NCBI GenBank assembly: GCA_012519845.1
Contig: JAAYPK010000109.1
Span: 1,765-65,764 of the forward strand
Source: Clostridiales bacterium
Lineage (GTDB): Bacteria > Bacillota > Clostridia > Clostridiales > Clostridiaceae
Length of the DNA: 64,000 nt
Reading direction: 5' to 3'
This document shows positions 20,483 through 32,346 of the stretch, piece by piece. The translations under genes and the position numbers were made by a program. Within the stretch, counting starts at the first letter, position 1. Each line of letters opens with the position of its first letter. Under the pieces are notes generated by a model that saw nothing but the letters and a program-made list of their open reading frames with translations, had not been told where the DNA came from and searched no databases.

Positions 20483-20582
20483 TAATATACCTCCATTCAA
20501 TTAATTATATCATAAATATTGAAAATAATTATATATAAAAGTTGATAATTATTATTAATTGGTATATGATATATTACACAGA

Positions 20583-20600
20583 TGGTTAAAAACTTAAATA
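20583..20600 (+). promoter_or_regulatory. Candidate Rex operator upstream of ldh
   Basis: TGGTTAA-AAAC-TTAAATA versus the clostridial Rex consensus TTGTTAA-N4-TTAACAA (3 mismatches). Lies between the promoter region and the RBS. Confidence 0.45.
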
Positions 20601-20641
20601 GTGGCAATAATATATTTATGAATTTGAAGGAGGAATCAGTA

Positions 20642-21592
20642 ATGATTGTAGAAGGAAAAAGAAAAGTTTCAATTATTGGAGCGGGGTTTGTAGGAGCTAC
20701 AACTGCTTACGCTCTAATGAATAGTGGTATTGCTACTGAAATTTGCATTTATGACATTAATATGGATAAAGCATTAGGAGAAGTCATGGATTTAGTTCAT
20801 GGAACATCATTTGTAAAACCAGTTAATATATATGCAGGTGGTATTAGCGAAACAAAAGATTCAGACATAATAATAATAACTGCCGGTGCAGGACAAAAAG
20901 AAGGAGAAACAAGACTTGATTTAATAGATAAAAATTATAAGATTTTTCAAGGGTTTGTACCTGAGTTAGTTAAATATAGTCCAGATTCAATACTACTTGT
21001 TGTTTCAAATCCAGCAGATGTTTTAGCCTATATAACATATAAGTTATCAGGTTTCCCTAAGGAAAGAGTTATTGGTTCAGGAACTGTTCTTGATACATCA
21101 AGATATAAATATGTTCTTGGAAAATATTTCGAAGTTAACAATAACAATATTCATGGTTATGTAATTGGGGAACATGGAGATAGTGAAGTTACTACATGGA
21201 GCAATGCTAGAATTGGAGCAGAAGAATTTGACAGCTATGCTAAGAGAATGAATCTTGAATGGGATGATGAAATTAAGAGCGTAATAGAAAAAGATGTAAT
21301 TAATGCAGCATATGAAATAATAAGCAGAAAGAGAGCAACATATTTTGCAATTGGTCTTGCTGTAAACAGAATAGTTGAAGCAATTTTCAGGGATGAAAAT
21401 AGTATACTAACTGTTTCAAGCCTATTTGAAGGTCAATATGGTATAAGCGATATGTATTTAGCTATACCAACTATAGTAAATAGAAATGGTGCGAAAGAAA
21501 TATTAGAAATACCTTTAGCAAAGAATGAAGAAGAAAAATTAAAGAAATCTGCAGATATATTAAAAACACATTTAAATAAATGCAAAATTTAA
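20642..21592 (+). CDS. ldh: L-lactate dehydrogenase
   Basis: [33 protein letters not shown]. Start set at 20642 after AGGAGG. Confidence 0.95.
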   Translation: MIVEGKRKVSIIGAGFVGATTAYALMNSGIATEICIYDINMDKALGEVMDLVHGTSFVKPVNIYAGGISETKDSDIIIITAGAGQKEGETRLDLIDKNYKIFQGFVPELVKYSPDSILLVVSNPADVLAYITYKLSGFPKERVIGSGTVLDTSRYKYVLGKYFEVNNNNIHGYVIGEHGDSEVTTWSNARIGAEEFDSYAKRMNLEWDDEIKSVIEKDVINAAYEIISRKRATYFAIGLAVNRIVEAIFRDENSILTVSSLFEGQYGISDMYLAIPTIVNRNGAKEILEIPLAKNEEEKLKKSADILKTHLNKCKI

Positions 21593-21662
21593 TATAAATT
21601 AATTTATTTTGTTTCTATGTATGCTATAATAATGTTATTATAGTAAAGCGTAGGTGAAGTAA

Positions 21663-22079
21663 TTGGACTTTGATAAATTTTTAAGAAATAAAAATTTAAA
21701 AGTAACTAAGGCAAGAATTACAATCTTAGAAATTATTTTTGATAATATTAAAGGTATTACAGCTGAAACAATTTTTGAAAATTGCAAAAAGCTAGGAGTT
21801 AATATTAATCAAAGTACTGTATATAGAGCCCTAGAATTATTTACTGAAAATCAAATACTTGATAAATTTCCAACAAAAGATGGTACATTTATGTATACTG
21901 TAAGGAAAGAAGTTCATAAACATATATTACAATGTAGTATATGTCATAAAGAAGTAGAAGTTGAATGTCCTTTTAAGCAAATAGAAGCTTTGTTAGAAGA
22001 TGAAACAGGTTTTAAAGTAACAGATCATAAGTTAATAATGAAGGGCATATGTGAAGAATGTAGCAAGAATAATAAATAA
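21663..22079 (+). CDS. zur: Fur-family regulator, probably Zur
   Basis: STVYRAL helix, HKHILQCSICH and CEEC. Adjacent to znuCB-like genes. Confidence 0.75.
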   Translation: MDFDKFLRNKNLKVTKARITILEIIFDNIKGITAETIFENCKKLGVNINQSTVYRALELFTENQILDKFPTKDGTFMYTVRKEVHKHILQCSICHKEVEVECPFKQIEALLEDETGFKVTDHKLIMKGICEECSKNNK

Positions 22080-22127
22080 AATAAGCTATATCTGATGATT
22101 TAATTCATTAGATGTAGCTTATTTTTT
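22078..22127. terminator. Bidirectional terminator between zur and znuB
   Basis: aaataagctatatctgatga / tcattagatgtagcttattt hairpin. Confidence 0.7.
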
Positions 22128-22130
22128 ATT

Positions 22131-22928
22131 TTAGTTGGATATTCTAAATTTACTATATACTATTGACAAAATTAAAATAAATACTGAAGTTAATGCTATT
22201 GCTCCACCAGAGGCGGTATCAAAATAATAGGATAAAACTAAACCTAATACAATATCAATAAATCCAAAAATAATTGAGGCCATTAAAGTCTTTTTAAAAT
22301 TAATTTTAAGTTGCATAGCAGTTGCAACAGGCATAATAATTATAGAGGATATAACTAAGATACCCATAATACGTATAGACAATGAAATTGTAGATCCAAC
22401 TAATAATGTAAATAGATAGTTTATTAATTTTACATTAATTCCTGATATTTTAGCACCATCTTCATCAAAGGTAACATAAATTAACTTATTATATATAAAA
22501 GCAAAAAATATTAAAGTAATAGCTCCAGCTATAGCAATTAACACTAAGTCTTCTTTAGAAACAGTTAAAATACTACCAAATAGAAAGGAATTAACTTTAG
22601 CAGTTGATTTTCCAGTACTAATTAATATTATTGCAAGACCTAAGCTAAAGGTAAGTACTATGGACATAACAAGTTCAGCATATTTTTTAAAGCTGTCTCT
22701 TAATAATTCAATTATTATTGCGCAAAAGGAAGTAAAGATAAAAGCAGTTACTATAGGATTAACTCCTATTACTAATCCAATTGCAACTCCAGCAAAAGAT
22801 GAGTGAGAAAGTGTATCTCCAAGCATAGAGTTTCTTCTAAGAACAATAAATAATCCTATTATAGGACATAATATAGATACTATAATTCCAGCTAATAAAG
22901 CATTTTTCATAAATTCTAATTGTAACAT
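22131..22928 (-). CDS. znuB: Metal (zinc) ABC transporter permease
   Basis: GDTLSHSSFAGVA, FLFGSIL, TFDEDGAKISG. Confidence 0.85.
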   Translation of the reverse strand: MLQLEFMKNALLAGIIVSILCPIIGLFIVLRRNSMLGDTLSHSSFAGVAIGLVIGVNPIVTAFIFTSFCAIIIELLRDSFKKYAELVMSIVLTFSLGLAIILISTGKSTAKVNSFLFGSILTVSKEDLVLIAIAGAITLIFFAFIYNKLIYVTFDEDGAKISGINVKLINYLFTLLVGSTISLSIRIMGILVISSIIIMPVATAMQLKINFKKTLMASIIFGFIDIVLGLVLSYYFDTASGGAIALTSVFILILSIVYSKFRISN

Positions 22929-22930
22929 TT

Positions 22931-23587
22931 CTAAGCTCCTAATGTTATGGATTTTTTAAATTCTTCTGTATTTTGAAGAATAAATTGTCCATTTTTTACT
23001 TTTAAAATATGAGTTGAATTTTTAGTAGCAATATCAAGATTATGTTCAATAGATATAATTGTGGTGCCTTTATTTAAGTTAGTTTCTTTTAATATTGTAT
23101 ATATATCATTTTGAGTTCTATTATCCAATCCAGTTGAAGGTTCATCTAAAATAATTAATTCAGGATTTCCTATTAATGCTCTTGCAATTAAAACTCTTTG
23201 TTGTTGACCACCAGATAAATTGCCTATTAAAGAATCTTTGTGATCCATCATATTAACAGTTTTTAAAGCATGATATATTTCTTCATTTCCTTTTAGTTTT
23301 AAAGCTTTGGTATGAGTTTTTAATATTTCAAAAACTGAAATTGGAAATTGTGAATTAAATCCATCTAATCTTTGTGGTACATAAGCAATACGTGAAGCAT
23401 TAATCTTTATTGAACCAGAAGCAGGAGATAATAATCCAAGTATTAATTTAATTAAGGTAGTTTTGCAACTACCGTTTTCACCTACAATAGATAGATACAT
23501 ACCATTATTAATAGACAAATTTAAGTTATTAATTAAGTTGGGGGAAGTTTTGTCATATCTAAAACATAAATCTGTTATGTTAATCAA
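22931..23587 (-). CDS. znuC: Metal (zinc) ABC transporter ATP-binding protein
   Basis: GENGSCKTT, YVPQR, LSGGQQQR, LDEPSTG. Confidence 0.85.
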   Translation of the reverse strand: MINITDLCFRYDKTSPNLINNLNLSINNGMYLSIVGENGSCKTTLIKLILGLLSPASGSIKINASRIAYVPQRLDGFNSQFPISVFEILKTHTKALKLKGNEEIYHALKTVNMMDHKDSLIGNLSGGQQQRVLIARALIGNPELIILDEPSTGLDNRTQNDIYTILKETNLNKGTTIISIEHNLDIATKNSTHILKVKNGQFILQNTEEFKKSITLGA

Positions 23588-23631
23588 AAAAATCAGCTCC
23601 TATATAAAGATAAATTTATTATACATCTTTA

Positions 23632-23646
23632 TGCAAATGATTTGCA
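23632..23646. promoter_or_regulatory. Candidate Zur box overlapping the -35 of the znuC promoter
   Basis: Perfect 7-1-7 palindrome TGCAAAT-G-ATTTGCA. Minus-strand TTGCAA (23647-23642) and TATAAT (23623-23618). Confidence 0.7.
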
Positions 23647-23673
23647 ATTATTTTTGAAGAAATAATTAATGAG

Positions 23674-24039
23674 CTAGGTTAATGAATAGATATTTTCTAA
23701 AACCCATACATTAGATTTGTTCTTAGTAAAATGTGCTTCTAATTCAAGACTTTTATGAGGAGATTCTTTTGAAAATCCTTCAACGATTACAACAGCAGAG
23801 TCTTTATCTGAAAATATTAATTTCATATCTATGACTCTCATTACAGATTTTGAATTTTCACCGTGAGTTAAATTGTAATCAACTGAATAATATAAGTTTT
23901 TACATTTATAATTAATATATTGTTTATATGATGTAAAAATTAATAATAATAAAATTAATATTAATAAGGAAATAGATATAATTTTCTTACGTTTTTTTAT
24001 AGTCTTCTTTCTTTTAGTTTTAGATTTATTAGTAAGCAT
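23674..24039 (-). CDS. Hypothetical membrane-anchored protein
   Basis: Basic N-terminus, a single hydrophobic helix and a small soluble domain. AGGAGG RBS. Confidence 0.75.
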   Translation of the reverse strand: MLTNKSKTKRKKTIKKRKKIISISLLILILLLLIFTSYKQYINYKCKNLYYSVDYNLTHGENSKSVMRVIDMKLIFSDKDSAVVIVEGFSKESPHKSLELEAHFTKNKSNVWVLENIYSLT

Positions 24040-24190
24040 AGAATCCTCCTAGAAGTATTACAAGAAAATATTACCATATATTTACAATTATTATAAGCAT
24101 ATTTTTAAATTTCTTTAGTAAGTATTGCTATTATTCACAAAGAAACTTTATAATTAAAAGAAGAATTATATTATAGAAAGAAGGATTATT

Positions 24191-24589
24191 GTGGATTTTT
24201 CAAGTTTAGTATTGGTTGAAAAAGATAAAAGCACTGGATTTATAGGAAAAGAACTAGGTAGTTTTGAAGTAAATGATGGTGCCTTATATGTTAGAAAATT
24301 TTTTGTTTTAGATGGAGAAGTAAATATTTATTTTGATACAAATAAAGATGTTGAAGAATGGGAATACTCAGCTATATATGATTTATTTAATGTAGAGATA
24401 TTTGTTGAAAATGGATTTATAGTTGAATATGATGAAGAGGAATTTAATCCTACTTTTATTTTAAAGATAGCATATAATGAGGATTATGAGAAAATGAAGG
24501 ATATTTTAAATAAAGCAATAGATTTAATAAAACAAGAAATGGAAAATGTTTTTGTAGCTATTTTGGGAAAAGAAAAAGATTATGAATAA
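24191..24589 (+). CDS. Conserved clostridial hypothetical protein (acidic)
   Basis: 132-aa ORF with RBS and normal codon usage. No function recognised. Confidence 0.75.
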   Translation: MDFSSLVLVEKDKSTGFIGKELGSFEVNDGALYVRKFFVLDGEVNIYFDTNKDVEEWEYSAIYDLFNVEIFVENGFIVEYDEEEFNPTFILKIAYNEDYEKMKDILNKAIDLIKQEMENVFVAILGKEKDYE

Positions 24590-24634
24590 AACTCAATTTA
24601 TGTTTAATAATAAAGAAAAAATAAGGAGGTATTT

Positions 24635-26431
24635 ATGAGCGATAATAAACAATTAAAAAGTAGAAGCGAAATTAAAGATGAAGATAAGTGGAAATTAAAT
24701 GATATTTTTAAAATGGATAGTGAATGGGAAGAAGAATTTAATAAAATCAAAAATGAAGCTCCTAAACTAAGCAGTTTTGCTGGGCAGTTAAGCAATAAAG
24801 AAAAAATATTAGAATACTTAGAATTTAATGAAAAGATATCAAGAAGAGCTGAAAAGTTATATGTTTTTGCACATATGAAAAGTGATGAAGATACTACAAA
24901 CCAAACCTACCAAGGTATGATGAATAAGATAGATTCATTTATGGCTGAGTTTTCAAGCTATGGAGCTTTTTTTGTGCCTGAAATTTTAAGCCTTAAAGAT
25001 GGATTTATAGAAGACTTAATTAAAAATGATGAGAATTTTAAACTTTATAAGTTTATGCTTCTTGATATATTAAAGGAAAAGCCACATGTACTTACAAAGG
25101 AAATGGAAGAATTATTAGCTCTTGCATCAGATTGTTTAGATGCTCCATCAAGCATACATAACATGATGACAAATGCTGATATGAAATTCGGTGATATAAT
25201 TGATGAAGATGGAGATAAGGTAGAATTAACTGAGGGAAATTACTCTTCATTTATAAAAAGTAAAAATAGAGAAGTTAGAAAAAATGCTTTTGTTAGGTTA
25301 TTTGGACAGTATAAGAAATTTGAAAATACCTTTGCAACAACTTTAACAAGTTCAGTAAAAAGTTTTAATTTTAGTGCTAAAGTTAGAAAATATGGATCAC
25401 CACTTGAGGCTTCATTAGCACCAAATAATATTCCAGTTAAAGTTTATGAAAATGCAATAAAAACTATTAATGATAATCTAGAATCTCTACATAGATATGT
25501 TAGGGTTAAAAAGAAACTATTAGGCTTAAATGAAATTCATATGTATGATTTATATGTGCCAGTAATTGAAATAGAGAAAGAAAAAGTCCTTTTTGAAGAA
25601 GCAGTAAAATTAGCCAATGAAGGATTAAAACCACTAGGAGAAGAATATTTAAAAATATTTAATGAAGGAATAAATAGTGGATGGGTTGATATTTATCAAA
25701 ATAAAGGCAAAAGAGGTGGAGCATATTCTTGGGGATGTTATGATACCAAGCCATATGTTTTATTAAATTATAATTATGAGTTAAATGATGTATCTACATT
25801 AGTTCATGAGATGGGTCATTCATTACATTCATATTATTCAAGAGAAAATCAGCCATATTATTATTCTGGTTATACATTGTTTTGTGCAGAAGTAGCATCA
25901 ACTACAAATGAAGCCTTATTAATTCATTATTTAATTGAAAAAGAAAAAGACAAAAAGAAAAAATTATATTTAATAAATCAAGAATTAGAGCAAATAAGAA
26001 CCACTGTGTTTAGACAGTTAATGTTTGCAGAATTTGAATTATATTCGCATAAAGTACTAAGTGAAGGAGCGTCACTTACAGCCTTAGATTATAATTCAAA
26101 ATGGTTAGAGCTTAATAAGAAATACTTTGGTGAAGATATGGTTGTAGATGAAGATATAGCTATAGAATGGGCTAGAATACCACATTTTTATACTGATTTT
26201 TATGTTTATCAATATGCTACTGGATATGCAGCAGCTTCAGCTTTTGCTAATTCTATTTTACAAAAACAGGATGGAGCTGTTGAAAAGTATAAAGGTTTCT
26301 TAAAGAGTGGCGGAAGTAAGTATCCTATAGATATTCTAAAGGAGGCTGGTGTTGATATGACCACCTCAGAACCGTTAATTGCCACAATAAATAGATTTAA
26401 TGAATTATTAGATATGTTAGAAGAAATATAA
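24635..26431 (+). CDS. pepF: Oligoendopeptidase F (M3B)
   Basis: GKRGGAYS, HEMGHSLH, AEVAS, WARIPHFY, YVYQYATG. Confidence 0.95.
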   Translation: MSDNKQLKSRSEIKDEDKWKLNDIFKMDSEWEEEFNKIKNEAPKLSSFAGQLSNKEKILEYLEFNEKISRRAEKLYVFAHMKSDEDTTNQTYQGMMNKIDSFMAEFSSYGAFFVPEILSLKDGFIEDLIKNDENFKLYKFMLLDILKEKPHVLTKEMEELLALASDCLDAPSSIHNMMTNADMKFGDIIDEDGDKVELTEGNYSSFIKSKNREVRKNAFVRLFGQYKKFENTFATTLTSSVKSFNFSAKVRKYGSPLEASLAPNNIPVKVYENAIKTINDNLESLHRYVRVKKKLLGLNEIHMYDLYVPVIEIEKEKVLFEEAVKLANEGLKPLGEEYLKIFNEGINSGWVDIYQNKGKRGGAYSWGCYDTKPYVLLNYNYELNDVSTLVHEMGHSLHSYYSRENQPYYYSGYTLFCAEVASTTNEALLIHYLIEKEKDKKKKLYLINQELEQIRTTVFRQLMFAEFELYSHKVLSEGASLTALDYNSKWLELNKKYFGEDMVVDEDIAIEWARIPHFYTDFYVYQYATGYAAASAFANSILQKQDGAVEKYKGFLKSGGSKYPIDILKEAGVDMTTSEPLIATINRFNELLDMLEEI

Positions 26432-26437
26432 AATGTT

Positions 26438-26476
26438 AGGTGCGTCAAAGGGTAAAAGTACTTTGGGGCACCTTTC
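26438..26476 (+). terminator. Hairpin after pepF
   Basis: AGGTGCGTCAAAG / CTTTGGGGCACCT followed by TTC. Confidence 0.55.
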
Positions 26477-26531
26477 TAATTTATTAATTATTAATGATTA
26501 GTTATTGAATAAATAATAAATTAGAAGTATA

Positions 26532-26546
26532 ATGAACATAGTTCAT
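26532..26546. promoter_or_regulatory. Candidate TetR operator 1
   Basis: ATGAAC-ATA-GTTCAT palindrome between the TATAAT and the RBS of tetR. Confidence 0.65.
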
Positions 26547-26560
26547 AAAGAGGTGGTAAG

Positions 26561-27127
26561 ATGCCAAAGATAATAGAAAATGTAAAGCAGATCATTTTGG
26601 ATGAAGGTAAAGAAATGCTAAAAGAAAAAGGATATATGAATTTTAGCATGAGAGATTTAGCTAATAAGTGTGATATTGCTATAGGAACTGTATATAATTA
26701 TTTCCCTAATAAGCAGGAAATTGTGAATGCACTTTTTATTTCTAGTTGGAATGAAACAATTTCTGAAATTAAAGAAGTAAAAAAAATGAATATAACCTTT
26801 TACAACAAAATGGAAGAGGTATATAAATGTTTAGAGAGATATTTAATGTATCATATTGATACTTTTATGAATATAATGAAAGATTCAAAATCTTCCTGCA
26901 AAATGGGAAATAAGCCAACAGGACATTTACTAAAAGAACAGGTATTAGAGCCTTGTTATGATATTGTAGAGGAGATTATTGAAAATCATAAATGTAAAAA
27001 TGAAGTGAATTTTCATATAGAATCAAAGATAATGAGCATATTTATTGTTAATAATATAATAAATATAATAAGAGGTGAAGGTTACACTTTTGAAGATTTT
27101 ATGAAAATTCTCCAAATAGAAAAATAA
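26561..27127 (+). CDS. TetR/AcrR family transcriptional regulator
   Basis: HTH FSMRDLANKCDIAIGTVYNYFPNK. Confidence 0.92.
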   Translation: MPKIIENVKQIILDEGKEMLKEKGYMNFSMRDLANKCDIAIGTVYNYFPNKQEIVNALFISSWNETISEIKEVKKMNITFYNKMEEVYKCLERYLMYHIDTFMNIMKDSKSSCKMGNKPTGHLLKEQVLEPCYDIVEEIIENHKCKNEVNFHIESKIMSIFIVNNIINIIRGEGYTFEDFMKILQIEK

Positions 27128-27213
27128 AATAGTCAATGGCTAAAGGACCTTGTTTTCATTGTTTCTATTAATAGACCCTAAGAAAACATTAGGTTCTAAA
27201 TTTAAAAAATTAT

Positions 27214-27228
27214 ATGAACGTTGTTCAG
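27214..27228. promoter_or_regulatory. Candidate TetR operator 2
   Basis: ATGAAC-GTT-GTTCAG, same core as 26532, just upstream of the MFS RBS. Confidence 0.6.
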
Positions 27229-27241
27229 AAAGGGGAGTTTT

Positions 27242-28941
27242 ATGAATAAAAAGACTCATAATTATTTATTAATAATGTTTTTGCTTGGAATTTTTATAGG
27301 GGCAATGGATACCGGCATTGTCTCTCCAGCAAGAACAGTAATTTCTCAAGGATTAGGAATTAGCATAAATTCATCAATATGGATTATTACAATATATAGT
27401 CTTGCATATGCTGTTATAATGCCTATTTCAGGAAAATTATCAGATAAACATGGGAAAAAGAAGGTATTTTTGTATTCAATAATTATTTTTGGATTAGGAT
27501 CAACTTTATGTGGAATTTCAAATTTTGTAGGTGGATATCCATTATTAATTGCAGCTAGAATTATTCAAGCAATTGGTGGCGGAGGCATTATGCCAATCGC
27601 TACTGCCTATATTGGAGATAGCTTTCCAGCAGAAAAAAGAGGAGCTGCTCTTGGAATGGTTGGAGCTACATACGGTATAGCAACAACACTTGGACCATCT
27701 ATAGGATCTTCATTATTAAGTTTATTTGGGAATAGTAATTGGGGAATACTATTCTTTATTAATGTACCAATCTGTATTATTGTGATAATAATGTCTTTTT
27801 CAATAAAAGAAAATGATAAAATTTACAATGATAAAAAAATGGATGTTAAAGGTAGTGTATTAGTATCAATAATGATTTTATCATTAATGTATGCATTAAC
27901 TAATTTACAATTTCATGATTTTATTAATTCATTAAAATCAATTTCAGTATATCCTTTTATAATTATTTTTGTTATTCTGCTACCTATATTTATTCATCTA
28001 GAAAAAAAACAGAGGACCCTATAATAAATTTAAAATATTTTAAAGATAGAAATATTGCGATAACATTATTATTAAGTTTTATTGTTGGATGTGGGCTTAT
28101 GGGAATTGTATTTTTACCACAATTTGCAGAAAACTTATTAGGTATTAAGTCAGGATCAGGAGGATATTTAGTAACATTAATGGCTATTTTTACAGGAATA
28201 GCATCACCAATTGGTGGTAAGTTAATTGATAAATATTCTGCAAAATTCATCTTATTATGTGGATTTGGATCAACTACAATTGGAACATTAATCTTAGCTT
28301 TATTGGCAGCTCCTTATAATAGTAAAGTAGCACTGTTTATTGGACTTGTATTTATGGGCTTTGGTATGGGCTTCACAATGGGAACACCTCTAAATTATTT
28401 AATGCAAAGTAATGTAGATAAAAGTGAAACTTCATCAGCACAATCAACATTATCTCTAATTAGAAGTATGGGGGTTGCGATTTCTCCTAATATATTAGTC
28501 AATTTTGTGTCAGAGGCAGGTCAAAGTATTCCTGAGAAGATTATGAAGGTTATGCCAACAATAAACGGACTAGATGGAGGAATGTCTGGAATGCTTACAA
28601 ACAATACAATACCTAAAGATATACTTAATACATTAGAAAATTCAGATGTTACTACAATAACAGAAGCAGTAAAAAAATTATCAGAAAACATGTTTGATAA
28701 TGCAGCCCCATCAATTCAAAGTGCATTAAGTGCTAAACTACCTACTAATACACCTATTGAAACAGTATTAAGTAATATGAAAGCTGATTATTTATCAAGT
28801 ATAGAATCTATAAGAGGAACTATTGAGAGTACTTTTATGGAAACAATGAATAGTGGGTATGCAAAATTATTTATTGCAGCAGCAGTAATTGCATTAATAG
28901 GATTTATTTTATCATTAATGTTAAAAAACAAAAGTAAATAA
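27242..28941 (+). pseudogene. DHA2-type MFS efflux transporter split by a 1-nt frameshift at an A8 run (28002-28009)
   Basis: N-terminal ORF has MFS motifs GKLSDKHGKK and ARIIQAIGGGG. One extra base gives ...HLEKKxEDPIINLKYFKDRNI..., continuing in frame into the 28099-28941 ORF. Confidence 0.85.
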
Positions 28942-28942
28942 G

Positions 28943-28994
28943 TTTTAAGAGGATTTTTTAATGAGTAATTCATTTAAAGAAATCCTCTTTTTAA
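28943..28994 (+). terminator. Intrinsic terminator after the MFS
   Basis: aagaggatttttt...aagaaatcctctt hairpin followed by a T run. Confidence 0.65.
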
Positions 28995-29077
28995 TCTTTT
29001 AGAAATCCTTTATTAAAATAGAAAAATAAATTATAATATTCATTAATCTAAAAATAATAAAGGGGGAATAACAGGTA

Positions 29078-30061
29078 GTGGATAAAATAAAAAATAAAAT
29101 AATAAATTATTTAACCAATGGACAGGGATTCATAGTTGAATCTTTTAAAGTTAACGATGTTAATAATGAATATGTACTTGTTAAAGAGTTTCCACAAGGA
29201 AATTTTGCAATACTAATAGTAGATGCAGAAAATGAAATATCTGAAACTTATGAATGTATTAATTATTTAAAAAGTAAAAAAAGAAACTTTAATCTACATA
29301 AAATTGTTTTAACTGGTTCTAATTATGTCAATAATATAGATGGAACATATAAAATAATAATTAATAAAAATACTAATGAAATAATTTATTATGATAATGA
29401 AAGTTCAAACTTAGCAAGTAATATAAGGAATATAATAAGCAAACCAAGGAATGGAAATATGTTTAATAAAAGATATGGAACTATATCATTAATTATTATT
29501 GGAATAAATATTTTAATGTATATAATAAGTGGATTAATAAGTGGTAACTTCATAGATATTGATGCTCATACATTATATATATTAGGTGGGAAATATGGTC
29601 CAGCTATTGATATCCTAAATGAGTGGTGGAGATTATTTACATGCATGTTCTTACATGGAGGCATTTTGCATCTTTTTTGTAATATGTATTCTTTATACAT
29701 TATTGGGCCACAAGTTGAAGCTTTTTTTGGAAAAATAAAATTTATTATAATATATTTAGGATCAGGAATAGGGTCATCTTATCTTAGCTATAAGCTTGAT
29801 CCAGATACATTATCTATTGGAGCCTCAGGGGCTATCTTTGGACTTTTTGGAGCACTTTTAGTCTATTTATTAAAGGAGAGAGAACGGTTTACTAAAGAAT
29901 CTATTAATAATATAGTGATAATAATTACTTTAAATTTAGTTATAGGATTTTCTTCATCAAATATTGATAATTATGGTCATATTGGTGGATTAATTTTAGG
30001 AATAATACTTTCATTAGTATTTGTGTTTACAAATGCATATAAATTTACAAAAGAAAAATAA
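29078..30061 (+). CDS. Rhomboid family intramembrane serine protease
   Basis: EWWRLFTCMFLH, HLFCNM, GASGAIFG, GHIGGL. Confidence 0.93.
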   Translation: MDKIKNKIINYLTNGQGFIVESFKVNDVNNEYVLVKEFPQGNFAILIVDAENEISETYECINYLKSKKRNFNLHKIVLTGSNYVNNIDGTYKIIINKNTNEIIYYDNESSNLASNIRNIISKPRNGNMFNKRYGTISLIIIGINILMYIISGLISGNFIDIDAHTLYILGGKYGPAIDILNEWWRLFTCMFLHGGILHLFCNMYSLYIIGPQVEAFFGKIKFIIIYLGSGIGSSYLSYKLDPDTLSIGASGAIFGLFGALLVYLLKERERFTKESINNIVIIITLNLVIGFSSSNIDNYGHIGGLILGIILSLVFVFTNAYKFTKEK

Positions 30062-30077
30062 TTAGGAGGATAAATAA

Positions 30078-30635
30078 TTGAAAAGACTTAATATGGTAGA
30101 CTTAATAACATATATATTTTATTTATTACTTATTGGTACAGGACTATGGGATTGGTTTTTAAGAAATGGAGAGAAGACTTTTAGGATAATATTAATTTTT
30201 GGAACAATAGAAGTATTTAGAATTATATATAAAAATACATTTATGAATAAATACAAGGTAATATATTATTGTGTTTTATCCTTTATTTTTATTTCTATGT
30301 ATTTAGCAAATATATTTAATTTTTATGGAATACCATACTATGATAAGATACTTCATTTAATTTCAGGTATATTAATTTCTCCTTTTGGATATATTTTTAG
30401 CAAAGAATTATTAGGAAGTGAATTGAAAACTAAAAGAGAAAGAAATTTTTTAATTCTGTTTTCATTAATATTTGCAATAGCCATAGCTGGAATTTGGGAA
30501 ATATGGGAGTTTTCCACAGATTATATTTTTAATTTTACTGCTCAGGGTGGGTTGGTAGATACAATGTTAGATATAATTTGTGGTACAATTGGTGGTATTA
30601 TATCATCAATTATAATTTTTTTTAATACAAAATAA
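30078..30635 (+). CDS. Membrane protein (DUF2238-like)
   Basis: YDKILH, WEIWEF and DTMLDII motifs within TM helices. Confidence 0.7.
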   Translation: MKRLNMVDLITYIFYLLLIGTGLWDWFLRNGEKTFRIILIFGTIEVFRIIYKNTFMNKYKVIYYCVLSFIFISMYLANIFNFYGIPYYDKILHLISGILISPFGYIFSKELLGSELKTKRERNFLILFSLIFAIAIAGIWEIWEFSTDYIFNFTAQGGLVDTMLDIICGTIGGIISSIIIFFNTK

Positions 30636-30710
30636 TGGTTAATATAGAAAAAAAGAAAAAAATGATGTAATATTATTATGTGTTAAAAAAGTTTTATAAT
30701 TTATATCTAA

Positions 30711-32069
<1,359 letters not shown>

Positions 32070-32085
32070 TTAATTAAATAAAATT

Positions 32086-32128
32086 AAAATGAAACCTATA
32101 GAAATAAATTCTATAGGTTTCATTTTTT
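32086..32128 (+). terminator. Intrinsic terminator after gdhA
   Basis: AAAATGAAACCTATAGAA / TTCTATAGGTTTCATTTT followed by T. Confidence 0.85.
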
Positions 32129-32155
32129 ATATAAAATTTAGCATAATTTATGTAG

Positions 32156-32184
32156 TATATTTATACTTAAAAAGTATAAATATA
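32156..32184. repeat. Perfect 13-bp inverted repeat upstream of the GT2 gene
   Basis: TATATTTATACTT-AAA-AAGTATAAATATA. Confidence 0.6.
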
Positions 32185-32346
32185 AAAATATAAAGAAATA
32201 ACTACATATTTTAATTTAAAGAGAATATAAATATAGTACAAAATTTTCTTAAATAAAATTAAGATTTTAATTACTTGATTTTTAAAGTTATTTGCACTAT
32301 ATTATTATGGAAGTATAATGTTAAAAATTAATTAGGAGTGAATAGA

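Noticed and set aside
28099-28941. Independent 280-aa MFS gene
   Set aside because: It is the C-terminal half of the frameshifted transporter. The frame is open upstream to the A8 run and there is no convincing RBS.
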